Source of the DNA: an uncultured Pelagibacteraceae bacterium | GTDB taxonomy: Bacteria; Pseudomonadota; Alphaproteobacteria; Pelagibacterales; Pelagibacteraceae | Direction of reading: 5' to 3' | DNA length: 64,000 nucleotides | Assembly (NCBI GenBank): GCA_902592325.1 | Contig: CACJEC010000002.1 | Coordinates: 10,394 to 74,393, forward strand | Part shown: one piece after another, positions 29,167-38,923 of the stretch | Layout: each line of letters starts with the position of its first letter | How positions within the stretch are numbered: position 1 is the first letter of the stretch | Program-made: the position numbers and the translations under genes | Notes under the pieces: model-generated | Databases searched by the model: none | What the model was told of the DNA's origin: nothing | Seen by the model: the letters and a program-made list of their open reading frames with translations, nothing else

Positions 29167-30504
29167 TTAACATTTTTTTGGTGTAATGTTGTTCTCTTTA
29201 GCAAATTTAGCTGCAGAGTCTTCAACTAGACCTCTAATAAATTTAGGATCTAATGGAGCTTCCCAACCAGTTACCTGATTGAATTTAGTTCCATCCCACT
29301 GCATTACAGCAAATTTACCGGCACCTTCATGGTTTGCACATGAAATAGCGAATGGAGCTAACATTCCTCCAACTCCAAGTTCAGTAAGTCTAGCTTCGGT
29401 CATGTTTAAAGCTTCATAACCATCTCTAAACTCAGCACCATTTACTGCTTTACCAACTTTGTTATGCATCTTTTGAGCATTTCTTAATGCCTCAATCCAC
29501 ATAACTGCAGCACCTAGTCCTCTATTCCAGTAAACTGAACCAATCCTATTTGGATCAGCTAAGTTACCTTTTCCAGCACCATATACTTTTTCTTTGATGT
29601 CTTTAACTAATGGATATTCTCCTGGTAAAGCATTAGCAACAGCATAAGTTCCCTTAGCTGCATCACCTGCTGGATACATATCTTCTTCAGCAGCACCAAA
29701 TGTTACATACATCATTCTATCTCTTGGAAAATTAATTCTAGCAGCATTAGTCATTGCTGTTGAATTCATTCCAGAACCTGCTCCCCAGAAAGTAACCCAA
29801 TCAGGATTTTCTCTTCTGATTTGCAGCCACTGAGATTGCTGTTCTAGACCTGGAGGTGGAATTGAAATTTCAACCAATTTCATTCCCCAGTCAGAAGTTA
29901 TTTTTCTCATTGCTGGTAATGGCTCTCTACCGTAAGCAGAGTCAATATGTAAGTGAACGATTTTTTTACCTTTCATCTTATCAATTCCGCCTTCGATCTC
30001 AGCCATAAATTTTAATTTAACAGCTATTTGTGACCAGTAGTGACTTGCAGCATTAAATACCCAAGGCCATACTCTTCCATCAGCACCATCAGTTCTTCCA
30101 TAACCATATTGAGCTAAAACAACATTGTCTTTTGCCATACGGTTAATAACTGCATATGCTCCTGGTGTTCCCAAAGTATCGAACACAACTATTTTTTGAC
30201 CATCTTTTTCAAGTAGTCTCTGATAACACTCAACTGTTTTTACAGCGTTGTACTCAGTTTCACATTCTTGCCATGTAAGCATGACTCCATTCACTCCGCC
30301 TGTCATATTGACATAATTCATATAGTCAATCTGAGCACCATAGTAACCAGTACCCATCGCCGAATAAGGTCCGACACGACTACTTGCTACAGGAAAGTAT
30401 TGAGTTTCAGCTCCAAATACTTTTTGAGGTAAAGCTAAAGTGGATAGTAAAGCAACCATCATCGTAAATACTGATAGAAACTTTTTTATTGATTTATTAA
30501 TCAT
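29167..30504 (-). CDS. Liv-family (type I PBP) ABC substrate-binding protein, ligand unknown
   Basis: Signal peptide; GGVNGV..ECETEY, DSAYGREP, SCANHEG; GGGG SD. Confidence 0.87.
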   Translation of the reverse strand: MINKSIKKFLSVFTMMVALLSTLALPQKVFGAETQYFPVASSRVGPYSAMGTGYYGAQIDYMNYVNMTGGVNGVMLTWQECETEYNAVKTVECYQRLLEKDGQKIVVFDTLGTPGAYAVINRMAKDNVVLAQYGYGRTDGADGRVWPWVFNAASHYWSQIAVKLKFMAEIEGGIDKMKGKKIVHLHIDSAYGREPLPAMRKITSDWGMKLVEISIPPPGLEQQSQWLQIRRENPDWVTFWGAGSGMNSTAMTNAARINFPRDRMMYVTFGAAEEDMYPAGDAAKGTYAVANALPGEYPLVKDIKEKVYGAGKGNLADPNRIGSVYWNRGLGAAVMWIEALRNAQKMHNKVGKAVNGAEFRDGYEALNMTEARLTELGVGGMLAPFAISCANHEGAGKFAVMQWDGTKFNQVTGWEAPLDPKFIRGLVEDSAAKFAKENNITPKKC

Positions 30505-30553
30505 ATTCCCCCTAGATTGTTTTTAATAAAAAAAAAAGATATCCTTAAATGAG

Positions 30554-30627
30554 AATGATAACTATAATCATTCTATGCTCATATTGCATAGCTGCTATTC
30601 GTTTTGGGAATGATTACTAGTATCATT
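30554..30627. promoter_or_regulatory. Two AATGAT-N7-ATCATT palindromes in the divergent SBP/fdhD promoter region
   Basis: 30554-30572 AATGAT-AACTATA-ATCATT and 30609-30627 AATGAT-TACTAGT-ATCATT, 55 bp apart. Confidence 0.6.
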
Positions 30628-30702
30628 ACAAACTAGCACATACAACTTTAGGTTTAAAGTAATTAAATTTTAAAAAAGAGACGCTCAATCTATAATGATC
30701 TA

Positions 30703-31545
30703 ATGAGTTTTGATTATAAAGTTTCGAAGTTTAAGAATAATGAGTTAAAGCAATCTATAGATCAAGTTTCCATTGAAGAACCATTGGAAATAATAATTAA
30801 ATTTAAAGAAAATAATAACTGGATACAAAATACAATATCGGTGACAATGAGAACGCCGGGGGATGATGAAAATTTAATTACTGGATTTCTTTTTAATGAA
30901 AAGATAATTGAAAATATCAGTCATATTGAAGATATTCAATCAATTGGAAAACCTGTAGGCAAATATAATTTAGATAATAAAATTTTAGTAACCTTAAACA
31001 ATTCAAAAAATATTGATATTGATAAAATAAAAAGAAACTTTTTAACCAATTCATCTTGTGGAGTTTGTGGAAAAACTTCTTTAGATACTTTAGAAATGAT
31101 TAAAAAAGATAAAATTGTAAAATCTTTACCAAAAATAAGCTATAAAATAATAACAAAATCCTCAGAAGTATTAAGAAAGAATCAATTAGAATTTTCAAAA
31201 ACAGGGGGTATTCACGCTAGTGGCCTATTAGATAAAGATGGAAATATTATTGCTTTAAAGGAGGATGTTGGAAGACATAATGCTTTAGATAAATTAATAG
31301 GTTTCGTCCTGAAAAAAAACTTACTTGATGTTACTAAACAATTTCTAGCTTGTTCGGGTAGGTTAAATTTTGATTTAGTTCAAAAAGCTTTAATGGCGAA
31401 TATTAGTGTTTTAACTGGTGTAGGTGCGCCAACCAGTCTCGCTATTGATTTAGCGAATAGATTTGACATGACCTTGATAGGTTTCGTAAAAGAGGATAGT
31501 TTTAACATTTACACAAATAACCAAAGAGTTATTGTGGGGGAATAA
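30703..31545 (+). CDS. fdhD: Formate dehydrogenase sulfurtransferase FdhD
   Basis: EEPLEI, MRTPG.D, SSCGVCG, TGGIHA, EDVGRHNALDKLIG, GAPTSLA. Confidence 0.96.
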   Translation: MSFDYKVSKFKNNELKQSIDQVSIEEPLEIIIKFKENNNWIQNTISVTMRTPGDDENLITGFLFNEKIIENISHIEDIQSIGKPVGKYNLDNKILVTLNNSKNIDIDKIKRNFLTNSSCGVCGKTSLDTLEMIKKDKIVKSLPKISYKIITKSSEVLRKNQLEFSKTGGIHASGLLDKDGNIIALKEDVGRHNALDKLIGFVLKKNLLDVTKQFLACSGRLNFDLVQKALMANISVLTGVGAPTSLAIDLANRFDMTLIGFVKEDSFNIYTNNQRVIVGE

Positions 31546-31573
31546 AATTAAAATTTAAATAGAGACAAATGCG

Positions 31574-33229
31574 GTGTCAAAAAACATAAGTAATTTATCA
31601 GGAAGAATTGGATTAAAAGATAATCTTTTTAAAAAGATGTCTGAAAATGTACTTAACGATTCTCCTAAAGATATAAAGGAAATTGCTAAAGAATATAATT
31701 TAGGGGTTTCTACTATTCATGGAGCAGAGAGTTTTTATGAGTTTCTAAGACCTTCTCATAGAGAAAAAAAAGCCTTTGTTTGTAATGGAAGTGCTTGCAT
31801 GTGTGCTGGTACCCAGGACAAATTAAAAGAAACCTTAAAATCAAAACTTGGAGATAACAAAGTAGGAGAAATGTTTTGCTTAGGCCACTGCTATGAAAAT
31901 CATGCATTCCATTATGATGGTGAAAACTATGCAGGAAAAGATATTGAAAAAATTGACCAAATTTTAAAAGGTGAAGATATCAAGCAAGAAAAATTTTTTT
32001 CGAAGAGTTATGCAACGACTAGCTTTTTAATGGATGATAAACTTTCATCAACAGAACAATTTAAAGAACAATTAAATAAATTTTTAAAAATAGATAAAAA
32101 AGAAATTGTAAAATCATTGTTAGACTCTAATCTTACTGGAAGAGGTGGTGCTGGATTTCCAACAGGAATGAAATGGGATTTTTGTAGTAAAGCAAAAGGT
32201 GATAAAAAATACGTTATATGTAATGCTGATGAAGGAGACTCTGGTGCATTTTCTGATAGATATCTTTTAGAGGATCAACCATTAAAAGTTATTTTTGGAA
32301 TGGTAGTTTGTGGATTAGTTATTGGAAGTGATGAAGGTGTTTTATATATTAGAGGTGAATATCCAAAATCTATAGAAGCAATTAATGGGTGTATTAATGA
32401 GTTGAAAAAATTAAACTTACTAGGTGAAAATATTTTAGGAACTGACTTTTCTTTTGATCTTGGAATTTGTATTGGTCAGGGTGCTTATATATGTGGAGAA
32501 GAAACAGCCTTAATTGCATCAATTGAGGGAAGACGTGCTGAGGTTGATGTAAGACCTCCTTTCCCAGTGACTGAGGGACTTTATAAAAAACCAACTGTAG
32601 TTAACAATGTTGAAACTTTAGCAGCAGCAACTGGTATTTTAATTAATGGTGCAGAAAAATTCTCATCTATTGGAAACAAAAAATCTGCAGGAACAAAGTT
32701 AGTTTGTTTAGATAGTTTTTTTAATAATCCAGGTGTTTATGAAATTGATATGGGAACATCAATGAGTAAAATATTTAATGAAATCGGTGGTGGCTATAAA
32801 GAACCAGTTAAAGCCTTTCAAATTGGTGGTCCGCTCGGTGGTGTTGTTCCTATAAGTGAAATTGAAAATTTAAATTTAGACTTTCAAGAATTTACTGCTA
32901 AAGGTTTTATGCTTGGACATGCAAGTGTTGTTAGTATTCCAAAAGATTTTTCAATGACAGAATATATCCATCATTTATTTGAATTCTCTGCAGAAGAATC
33001 ATGTGGTAAATGTTTCCCTGGAAGATTAGGTTCTTACAGAGGTAAGGAAATGTTTGACCAAGCAAAGAAAAAAACTGCAAAAATTCCTCTTAAATTACTA
33101 AATGAATTGTTAGTAACAATGAAAAAAGGCTGTTTATGTGCCCTTTGTGGTGCAATACCAACTCCTATTCAAAACATCTTAAAATACTTTGGTGATGAAA
33201 TGAAAAATGATATGGTAAAAGATAATTAA
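31574..33229 (+). CDS. NAD-linked formate dehydrogenase beta (NuoF-like) subunit with N-terminal NuoE/FdsG-like [2Fe-2S] domain
   Basis: VCNGSAC...CLGHC N-terminal module; GRGGAGFPTG.KW, CNADEGD, GAYICGEETAL, ESCGKCFPGR, CALC; GTG start. Confidence 0.9.
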   Translation: MSKNISNLSGRIGLKDNLFKKMSENVLNDSPKDIKEIAKEYNLGVSTIHGAESFYEFLRPSHREKKAFVCNGSACMCAGTQDKLKETLKSKLGDNKVGEMFCLGHCYENHAFHYDGENYAGKDIEKIDQILKGEDIKQEKFFSKSYATTSFLMDDKLSSTEQFKEQLNKFLKIDKKEIVKSLLDSNLTGRGGAGFPTGMKWDFCSKAKGDKKYVICNADEGDSGAFSDRYLLEDQPLKVIFGMVVCGLVIGSDEGVLYIRGEYPKSIEAINGCINELKKLNLLGENILGTDFSFDLGICIGQGAYICGEETALIASIEGRRAEVDVRPPFPVTEGLYKKPTVVNNVETLAAATGILINGAEKFSSIGNKKSAGTKLVCLDSFFNNPGVYEIDMGTSMSKIFNEIGGGYKEPVKAFQIGGPLGGVVPISEIENLNLDFQEFTAKGFMLGHASVVSIPKDFSMTEYIHHLFEFSAEESCGKCFPGRLGSYRGKEMFDQAKKKTAKIPLKLLNELLVTMKKGCLCALCGAIPTPIQNILKYFGDEMKNDMVKDN

Positions 33230-36003
33230 TGAGTTCTGAAAAAAGAAAAATTGCTTATATAGATGGAAAACCATATGAAATTGGTGCAAATCACACGTCT
33301 ATATTAAAATTTGTTAAAAGCTATGTTGGAGAAAAAAAAGTTCCAACTCTTTGTGATGACCCAAATTTAGCTCCCTATGGTGCTTGTAGAGTTTGTTCAG
33401 TTGAAGTTGCTCTTGAAAAAGATGGGCCAACAAAAATGGTTGCTTCTTGCCATACACCAGTTGCTGAAAACCAACATATTTTTACATCTAACGAAGCAAT
33501 AACAAATCTTAGAAAAAATATAGTTGAATTAGTATTAACTGACCATCCTATGGAATGTGACAGCTGTGAAGTTAACAACAATTGTGAGCTACAAACAGTT
33601 GCTAATGATCTTGGTGTTTCAGATCATAGATACAACAGCCCTAAACAACATAAGGGAATTCCAAGAGATACTTCTCATGACTATATGAGAATGAATTTAG
33701 ACAACTGTATCAATTGTGGAAGATGTGTAAGAGCTTGTGATGAAATTCAAGGCTCTTTTGTTTTAACAATGTCTGGAAGAGGGTTTGAGTCAAGAATTAC
33801 CACTGACAATGACATGATGTTTGGGGATTCATCTTGTGTTTCTTGTGGAGCTTGCGCACATACTTGCCCAACAGATGCAATTTCAGATGTTTTTCAGTCT
33901 AAATCAGTTGCGGTTGATAAAAAAGTAAGAACGACTTGTTCGTACTGTGGAGTTGGATGTAATTTAGAGGCATCAATTAAAGATGATAAAGTTGTTGCAA
34001 TCGACACTCCAAAAGAAACAGAAGTAAATGCGGGTCATACATGTATTAAAGGTAGATATGCATTCGGTTTTTATGATCATCCCGACAGACTTAAAACTCC
34101 GTTAATTAAGAGAAATGGAAAATTTGAGGAAGCAACATGGGATGAGGCTTATGATTTTATTAAAAAAGAAATGCAAAGAATAACAAAGGATCATGGACCT
34201 GATGCTTTTGCAGGTATTTCTTCTGCAAGATGTACTAATGAGGAAAATTACGTCTTTCAAAAGATGATCAGAGCAGCCGTTGGTACTAACAGTGTAGACT
34301 GTTGTGCCAGAATTTGTCACTCACCAACTGCATGGGGAATGCAACAAACCTTTGGGACAGGTGCCGCAACAAATTCTACTGAAGACATTTATCATGCTGA
34401 TTGTTTTATAGTTATTGGAGCGAACCCTACTAATGCTCATCCAGTAACTGGTGCAAAAATTAAACAACAAGTAATGAAAGGTAAAAAATTAATTGTATTG
34501 GATCCAGTGACAACTGATCTTGCTAAGCTTGCTGACTATCATATTAAATTGAGACCAGGAACTAATGTTGCTGTTCTTAATATGATGTTACATTTTATTG
34601 TTAAATCAAAATTATATAATGCAGATTTTGTTAGAGACAGAACTGAAGGATTTGATAACTTTCTTAAAGAAATTGAAAGACAAGACGTTGATCATTTAGC
34701 TAAAGTTGCTGGTGTCGATAAACAAATGGTTAAAGAAGCAACCATAGCTTATGCAACTGCTAAAAACTCAATGGAATTTCACGGTTTAGGAGTTACAGAA
34801 CAAGAACAAGGATCTAAAACTGTAATGTTAATTGCAGATTTAGCAATGATTACTGGAAACATTGGACGAAAAGGTGTGGGAGTAAATCCTCTTAGAGGAC
34901 AAAATAATGTTCAAGGTGCAGCTGATATGGGATGTCAACCACACCAAGGTGCTGGATATTTTCCTGTGGCTGATGAAAAGCATCAAAAATTCTATACAGA
35001 AAAATATGGAGTAACACACCCAACTAAGCCAGGATTAAAAATACCTCAAATGTTTGAGGCAGCAATTAATAAAGAATTAAAAGGTGTGTGGATTATTGGT
35101 GAAGATATTGTTCAAACAGATCCTAATAGTGCTCATGTAATTGAAGCGATGAATTCCCTTGAACTTTTAGTTGTGCAAGAAATCTTCATGAGTGAAACAG
35201 CTAAATTAGCAACTGTGGTGTTACCAGGTACTACTTTCTTGGAAAAAGATGGTACTTTTACAAATACAGAAAGACGAATTCAAAGGGTGAATAGAGCTGT
35301 ACCTCCACTGCCAGGCACTAAACCTGATGGATTAATTGTAACTGAGATGATGCAGAAATTAGGTTTTGATCAGCCAACTTATGATGCAGATCAAGTTCTT
35401 GGAGAAATTGCTGATATCGTTCCTTTCTTTAAGGGAGTTACTAGAGAGAGACTTGGAAAATTTGGATTACAATGGCCAGTTCAAGAAGATGGAACTGATA
35501 CAAAAATTTTACATACAGAAACATTTAAATTAGGTAAAGGAAGACTTAAAAATTTTGATTGGAAAGAGTCATCTGAAATAGAAGCTAATCAAAAAGACTA
35601 TCCTTTAATTTTAACAACTAGTAGGGTTCTTCAGCATTATAATGCTGCAACTATGACTAGAAGAACAAAAAATATAAATATAGTTGATGAAGATGTTCTT
35701 TTAATTCACCCAAAAGATGCTGCTTATAGAGATCTAAATACTGGAGATATTGGCAGATTGTACTCTGGGAGAGGTGAAGTTGCTTTAAAAGTTGAAGTGA
35801 CTGACAAAGTTAAAGAAGGAATTGTGTTTACAACATTTCATTTCCCAGAACATATGGTTAATATGGTTACAGGGCATGGTAAAGATGAAGAGACTATGTG
35901 TGCAGAATATAAAGTTTCATCTGTTCAAGTTCAAAAAATTTCAAATCAATTCAAAACTGAGATAAATCCTTCAGAAAAACAGGCTGAAGTATTAAGTAAA
36001 TAA
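33229..36003 (+). CDS. fdhF: Mo/W-bis-MGD formate dehydrogenase alpha subunit (FdsA/FdhF type, Cys ligand)
   Basis: [2Fe-2S] C..GACRVC..C, H..EC..C.....C, two CxxCxxCxxxC motifs, CSYCGVGC, CARICH active site, LRGQNNVQGA. Confidence 0.96.
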   Translation: MSSEKRKIAYIDGKPYEIGANHTSILKFVKSYVGEKKVPTLCDDPNLAPYGACRVCSVEVALEKDGPTKMVASCHTPVAENQHIFTSNEAITNLRKNIVELVLTDHPMECDSCEVNNNCELQTVANDLGVSDHRYNSPKQHKGIPRDTSHDYMRMNLDNCINCGRCVRACDEIQGSFVLTMSGRGFESRITTDNDMMFGDSSCVSCGACAHTCPTDAISDVFQSKSVAVDKKVRTTCSYCGVGCNLEASIKDDKVVAIDTPKETEVNAGHTCIKGRYAFGFYDHPDRLKTPLIKRNGKFEEATWDEAYDFIKKEMQRITKDHGPDAFAGISSARCTNEENYVFQKMIRAAVGTNSVDCCARICHSPTAWGMQQTFGTGAATNSTEDIYHADCFIVIGANPTNAHPVTGAKIKQQVMKGKKLIVLDPVTTDLAKLADYHIKLRPGTNVAVLNMMLHFIVKSKLYNADFVRDRTEGFDNFLKEIERQDVDHLAKVAGVDKQMVKEATIAYATAKNSMEFHGLGVTEQEQGSKTVMLIADLAMITGNIGRKGVGVNPLRGQNNVQGAADMGCQPHQGAGYFPVADEKHQKFYTEKYGVTHPTKPGLKIPQMFEAAINKELKGVWIIGEDIVQTDPNSAHVIEAMNSLELLVVQEIFMSETAKLATVVLPGTTFLEKDGTFTNTERRIQRVNRAVPPLPGTKPDGLIVTEMMQKLGFDQPTYDADQVLGEIADIVPFFKGVTRERLGKFGLQWPVQEDGTDTKILHTETFKLGKGRLKNFDWKESSEIEANQKDYPLILTTSRVLQHYNAATMTRRTKNINIVDEDVLLIHPKDAAYRDLNTGDIGRLYSGRGEVALKVEVTDKVKEGIVFTTFHFPEHMVNMVTGHGKDEETMCAEYKVSSVQVQKISNQFKTEINPSEKQAEVLSK

Positions 36004-36094
36004 ATACGTAATTTTTCTAACAAATTATTAATTATAAAAAAAATCCTTTTTTTTTACTAAAAAATAAATATGATGTTTTTAAAATGTTAAGTCA

Positions 36095-36174
36095 TAAAAA
36101 CATTTTGCGGGATATTTTTATACGTAAACATTCAATTAATTAACAAACTAAAAGATTTTGCGGAGATCTTTTTA
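36095..36174 (+). repeat. Two imperfect 26-nt direct repeats, each a hairpin, in the NAD-FDH leader
   Basis: TAAAAACATTTTGCGGGATATTTTTA (36095-36120) and TAAAAGATTTTGCGGAGATCTTTTTA (36149-36174). Confidence 0.65.
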
Positions 36175-36188
36175 AAGAAAGGATCGAC

Positions 36189-37388
36189 ATGAAAATATTG
36201 TGTGTCTTATACGACGACCCTAAAGATGGGATGCCTCAATCTTATCCTCTTGGAGATTTACCAAAGCTTGAAAAATACCCTGATGGTATGACCTTACCGT
36301 CACCAAAAGGAAGGGATTTTAATCCAGGTGAACTTTTAGGATGTGTATCAGGAGAGTTAGGATTAAGAAAATTTTTAGAAAATGCTGGGCATGAATTTAT
36401 TGTTACTTCTGATAAAGACGGTGAAGGATGTGAAGCTGACAAGCATATTATTGACACGGATATAGTTATCTCTCAACCATTTTTTCCTTATTACTTAACG
36501 AAAGAAAAAATTGCTAAAGCTAAGAAATTAAAAATGGCAATTACTGCTGGAATTGGATCTGATCATGTTGATTTACAAGCAGCTATGGACAATAAAATTG
36601 ATGTAGTAGAAGTAACATATTGTAATTCGCGATCAGTAGCAGAGCACATTGTAATGATGATTGTATCAATGGTAAGAGATTATCATACTCAACACAGAAT
36701 AGTTAACGAGGGTGGATGGAATATTGCTGATGCTGTTCATAGAAGTTACGATGTGGAAGGAATGCATATTGGTACAGTTGCAGCAGGTAGAATTGGTCTT
36801 GATGCTTTAAGAAAAATGAAACCATTTGATGTTCATCTTCATTATTTTGATAGACACAAACTTCCTGAATCTGTTGAAAAAGAATTGAACCTTACTTATC
36901 ATTCATCAGTTGAGTCAATGGTCAAAGTTTGTGATGTAGTTACAATTAATTGTCCACTTCATCCTGAAACAGAAAACTTATTTGATAAAACTATGATAAG
37001 TAAAATGAAAAAAGGTGCATATATAGTTAATACTGCTAGAGGAAAAATTTGTAACAGAGAAGCAATTGCAGAGGCTCTTCAGTCAGGTCAACTTAGTGGT
37101 TATGCGGGTGATGTTTGGTTTCCACAACCTGCACCTAATGATCATATTTGGAGATCAATGCCAAATCATGGAATGACACCTCACACTTCCGGAACTTCAT
37201 TATCAGCTCAGGCTAGATATGCAGATGGTGTAAGAGAAATTCTTGAGTGTTTTTTTGATGGATCAGAAATTAGAGATCAGTACTTAATTGTCAAAGATGG
37301 ACAATTAGCTGGTATGGGGGCTCACTCTTATAGTAAAGGTTCTGCTACAAGTGGTTCTGAAGAAGCAGCAAAATACAAAAAACAATAA
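36189..37388 (+). CDS. fdh: Metal-independent NAD-dependent formate dehydrogenase (D-2-hydroxyacid DH family)
   Basis: LLGCVSGELGLR, ISQPF, AGIGSDHVDL, AAGRIG, YFDRH (NAD-type Asp), NTARG, WFPQPAP, TPHTSG; AAGGA SD. Confidence 0.96.
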   Translation: MKILCVLYDDPKDGMPQSYPLGDLPKLEKYPDGMTLPSPKGRDFNPGELLGCVSGELGLRKFLENAGHEFIVTSDKDGEGCEADKHIIDTDIVISQPFFPYYLTKEKIAKAKKLKMAITAGIGSDHVDLQAAMDNKIDVVEVTYCNSRSVAEHIVMMIVSMVRDYHTQHRIVNEGGWNIADAVHRSYDVEGMHIGTVAAGRIGLDALRKMKPFDVHLHYFDRHKLPESVEKELNLTYHSSVESMVKVCDVVTINCPLHPETENLFDKTMISKMKKGAYIVNTARGKICNREAIAEALQSGQLSGYAGDVWFPQPAPNDHIWRSMPNHGMTPHTSGTSLSAQARYADGVREILECFFDGSEIRDQYLIVKDGQLAGMGAHSYSKGSATSGSEEAAKYKKQ

Positions 37389-37396
37389 TAATTTTT

Positions 37397-37435
37397 AAAA
37401 AACCCCAGTTTTAATCGTTTAACTGGGGTTTTTTT
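37397..37435 (+). terminator. Intrinsic terminator after fdh
   Basis: AAAAAACCCCAGTT-loop-AACTGGGGTTTTTTT. Confidence 0.88.
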
Positions 37436-37471
37436 ATTTCTTATCCAAAAAAAATAAATTAATTTATTTTT

Positions 37472-38920
37472 ATGAATATTGGATGGCAATTTGATAACAC
37501 ATACGCAAATCTTTCAGATGCTTTTAAAGAAAAAATTAAACCTACTCCCGTAAATAATCCTGAATTGATAATATTTAACAAAAGTTTAGCCTCTGAATTA
37601 AATCTTGATTTTTCTAAAATTGATAAAAAAGAACTTTCAAAAATTTTTTCAGGAAATGTATTACCAAATGGAAGTAATTCTATAGCACAGGCTTATGCAG
37701 GTCATCAATTTGGTCATTTTACAATGTTGGGAGATGGTAGAGCGGTATTAATTGGTGAACATAAAACTAAAGCAAATAAAAAATATGATATTCAATTTAA
37801 AGGTTCAGGCAAAACTGCATTTTCAAGAAATGGTGACGGTCGTGCAGCCCTGGGTCCCATGCTCAGAGAATATATAATTAGTGAAGCTATGAATGGTTTA
37901 AACATCCCTACTACTCGCAGTTTAGCAGTAGTAAAAACTGGAGAAAATATTCAAAGAGAGACAGCTTTACAGGGTGCGATACTCACTCGTGTTGCTTCTA
38001 GTCATATAAGAGTTGGTACTTTTCAATATATTGCAGCAAGAAAAAAAAAAGATGAATTAAAAACTTTATTGGATTTTACAATTAATAGACATTATCCTGA
38101 AATAAAAGACTCAAATAATCAAGCTTTAGATTTATTAAATCTTTTAATCGACCGGCAATGTAATTTAGTGGTGAACTGGATGAGAGTTGGTTTTATACAT
38201 GGTGTTATGAATACTGATAATATGACTATTTCAGGAGAAACTATTGATTACGGACCTTGTGCATTTATGGATACTTATGATCCAAAAACTGTGTTTAGTT
38301 CAATTGATCAAACAGGCAGATATGCTTATTGCAATCAACCTGTTATTACAAAATGGAACTTAGCTAGATTTGCAGAATGCTTAGTTCCCTTAATTAATAA
38401 AGATCAAGAAAAAGCTATCAAAATAGCTACTGAAAAAATTAATTCTTTTGAAAAAAAATATGAAGAAAAGTGGATAAACATGATGAGAGATAAATTAGGA
38501 TTGTTTGGTTTAGATGATAAGGATAAATTTTTAATTTTAGACCTTTTGACCTGGATGCATGAAAAAAAAGCAGATTACACAAATACTTTTTGTCATTTAA
38601 TGAATCTAAATCCAAAAAAAGATGGCTTATATAGTGATAAAGATTTTATAAATTGGAAAGAAAGATGGGAAGATAGATCATCAAAAAATAATGCTACATC
38701 GAAAAAATCTATGGAATTAATGAGAAAAAACAATCCATTATTTATTCCAAGAAACCATAAAGTTGAAGAAGCTCTAGAAGCTGCAGAGCAAAACGACTTA
38801 AAACCATTCAATAAAATTTTAGAAATTTTAAAGAAACCCTATGATGAACAGATAGGAACTGATGGTTATCAGTCTCCTTCTATATCAGATGAAAAATATC
38901 AAACTTTTTGTGGGACTTAA
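37472..38920 (+). CDS. selO: Protein adenylyltransferase SelO (YdiU)
   Basis: YAGHQFG..LGDGRA, KGSG.T.FSR.GDGRA, HGVMNTDN, IDYGP, C-terminal CGT. Confidence 0.95.
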   Translation: MNIGWQFDNTYANLSDAFKEKIKPTPVNNPELIIFNKSLASELNLDFSKIDKKELSKIFSGNVLPNGSNSIAQAYAGHQFGHFTMLGDGRAVLIGEHKTKANKKYDIQFKGSGKTAFSRNGDGRAALGPMLREYIISEAMNGLNIPTTRSLAVVKTGENIQRETALQGAILTRVASSHIRVGTFQYIAARKKKDELKTLLDFTINRHYPEIKDSNNQALDLLNLLIDRQCNLVVNWMRVGFIHGVMNTDNMTISGETIDYGPCAFMDTYDPKTVFSSIDQTGRYAYCNQPVITKWNLARFAECLVPLINKDQEKAIKIATEKINSFEKKYEEKWINMMRDKLGLFGLDDKDKFLILDLLTWMHEKKADYTNTFCHLMNLNPKKDGLYSDKDFINWKERWEDRSSKNNATSKKSMELMRKNNPLFIPRNHKVEEALEAAEQNDLKPFNKILEILKKPYDEQIGTDGYQSPSISDEKYQTFCGT

Positions 38921-38923
38921 TTA

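Noticed and set aside
33229-36003. Selenocysteine in the FDH alpha subunit
   Set aside because: The active-site codon is TGT (CARICH) and the frame is uninterrupted; SelO also ends in Cys (CGT).
36004-36188. Moco riboswitch upstream of fdh
   Set aside because: The region is too AT-rich and lacks the multi-stem architecture with GNRA loop; only two short hairpins are visible.
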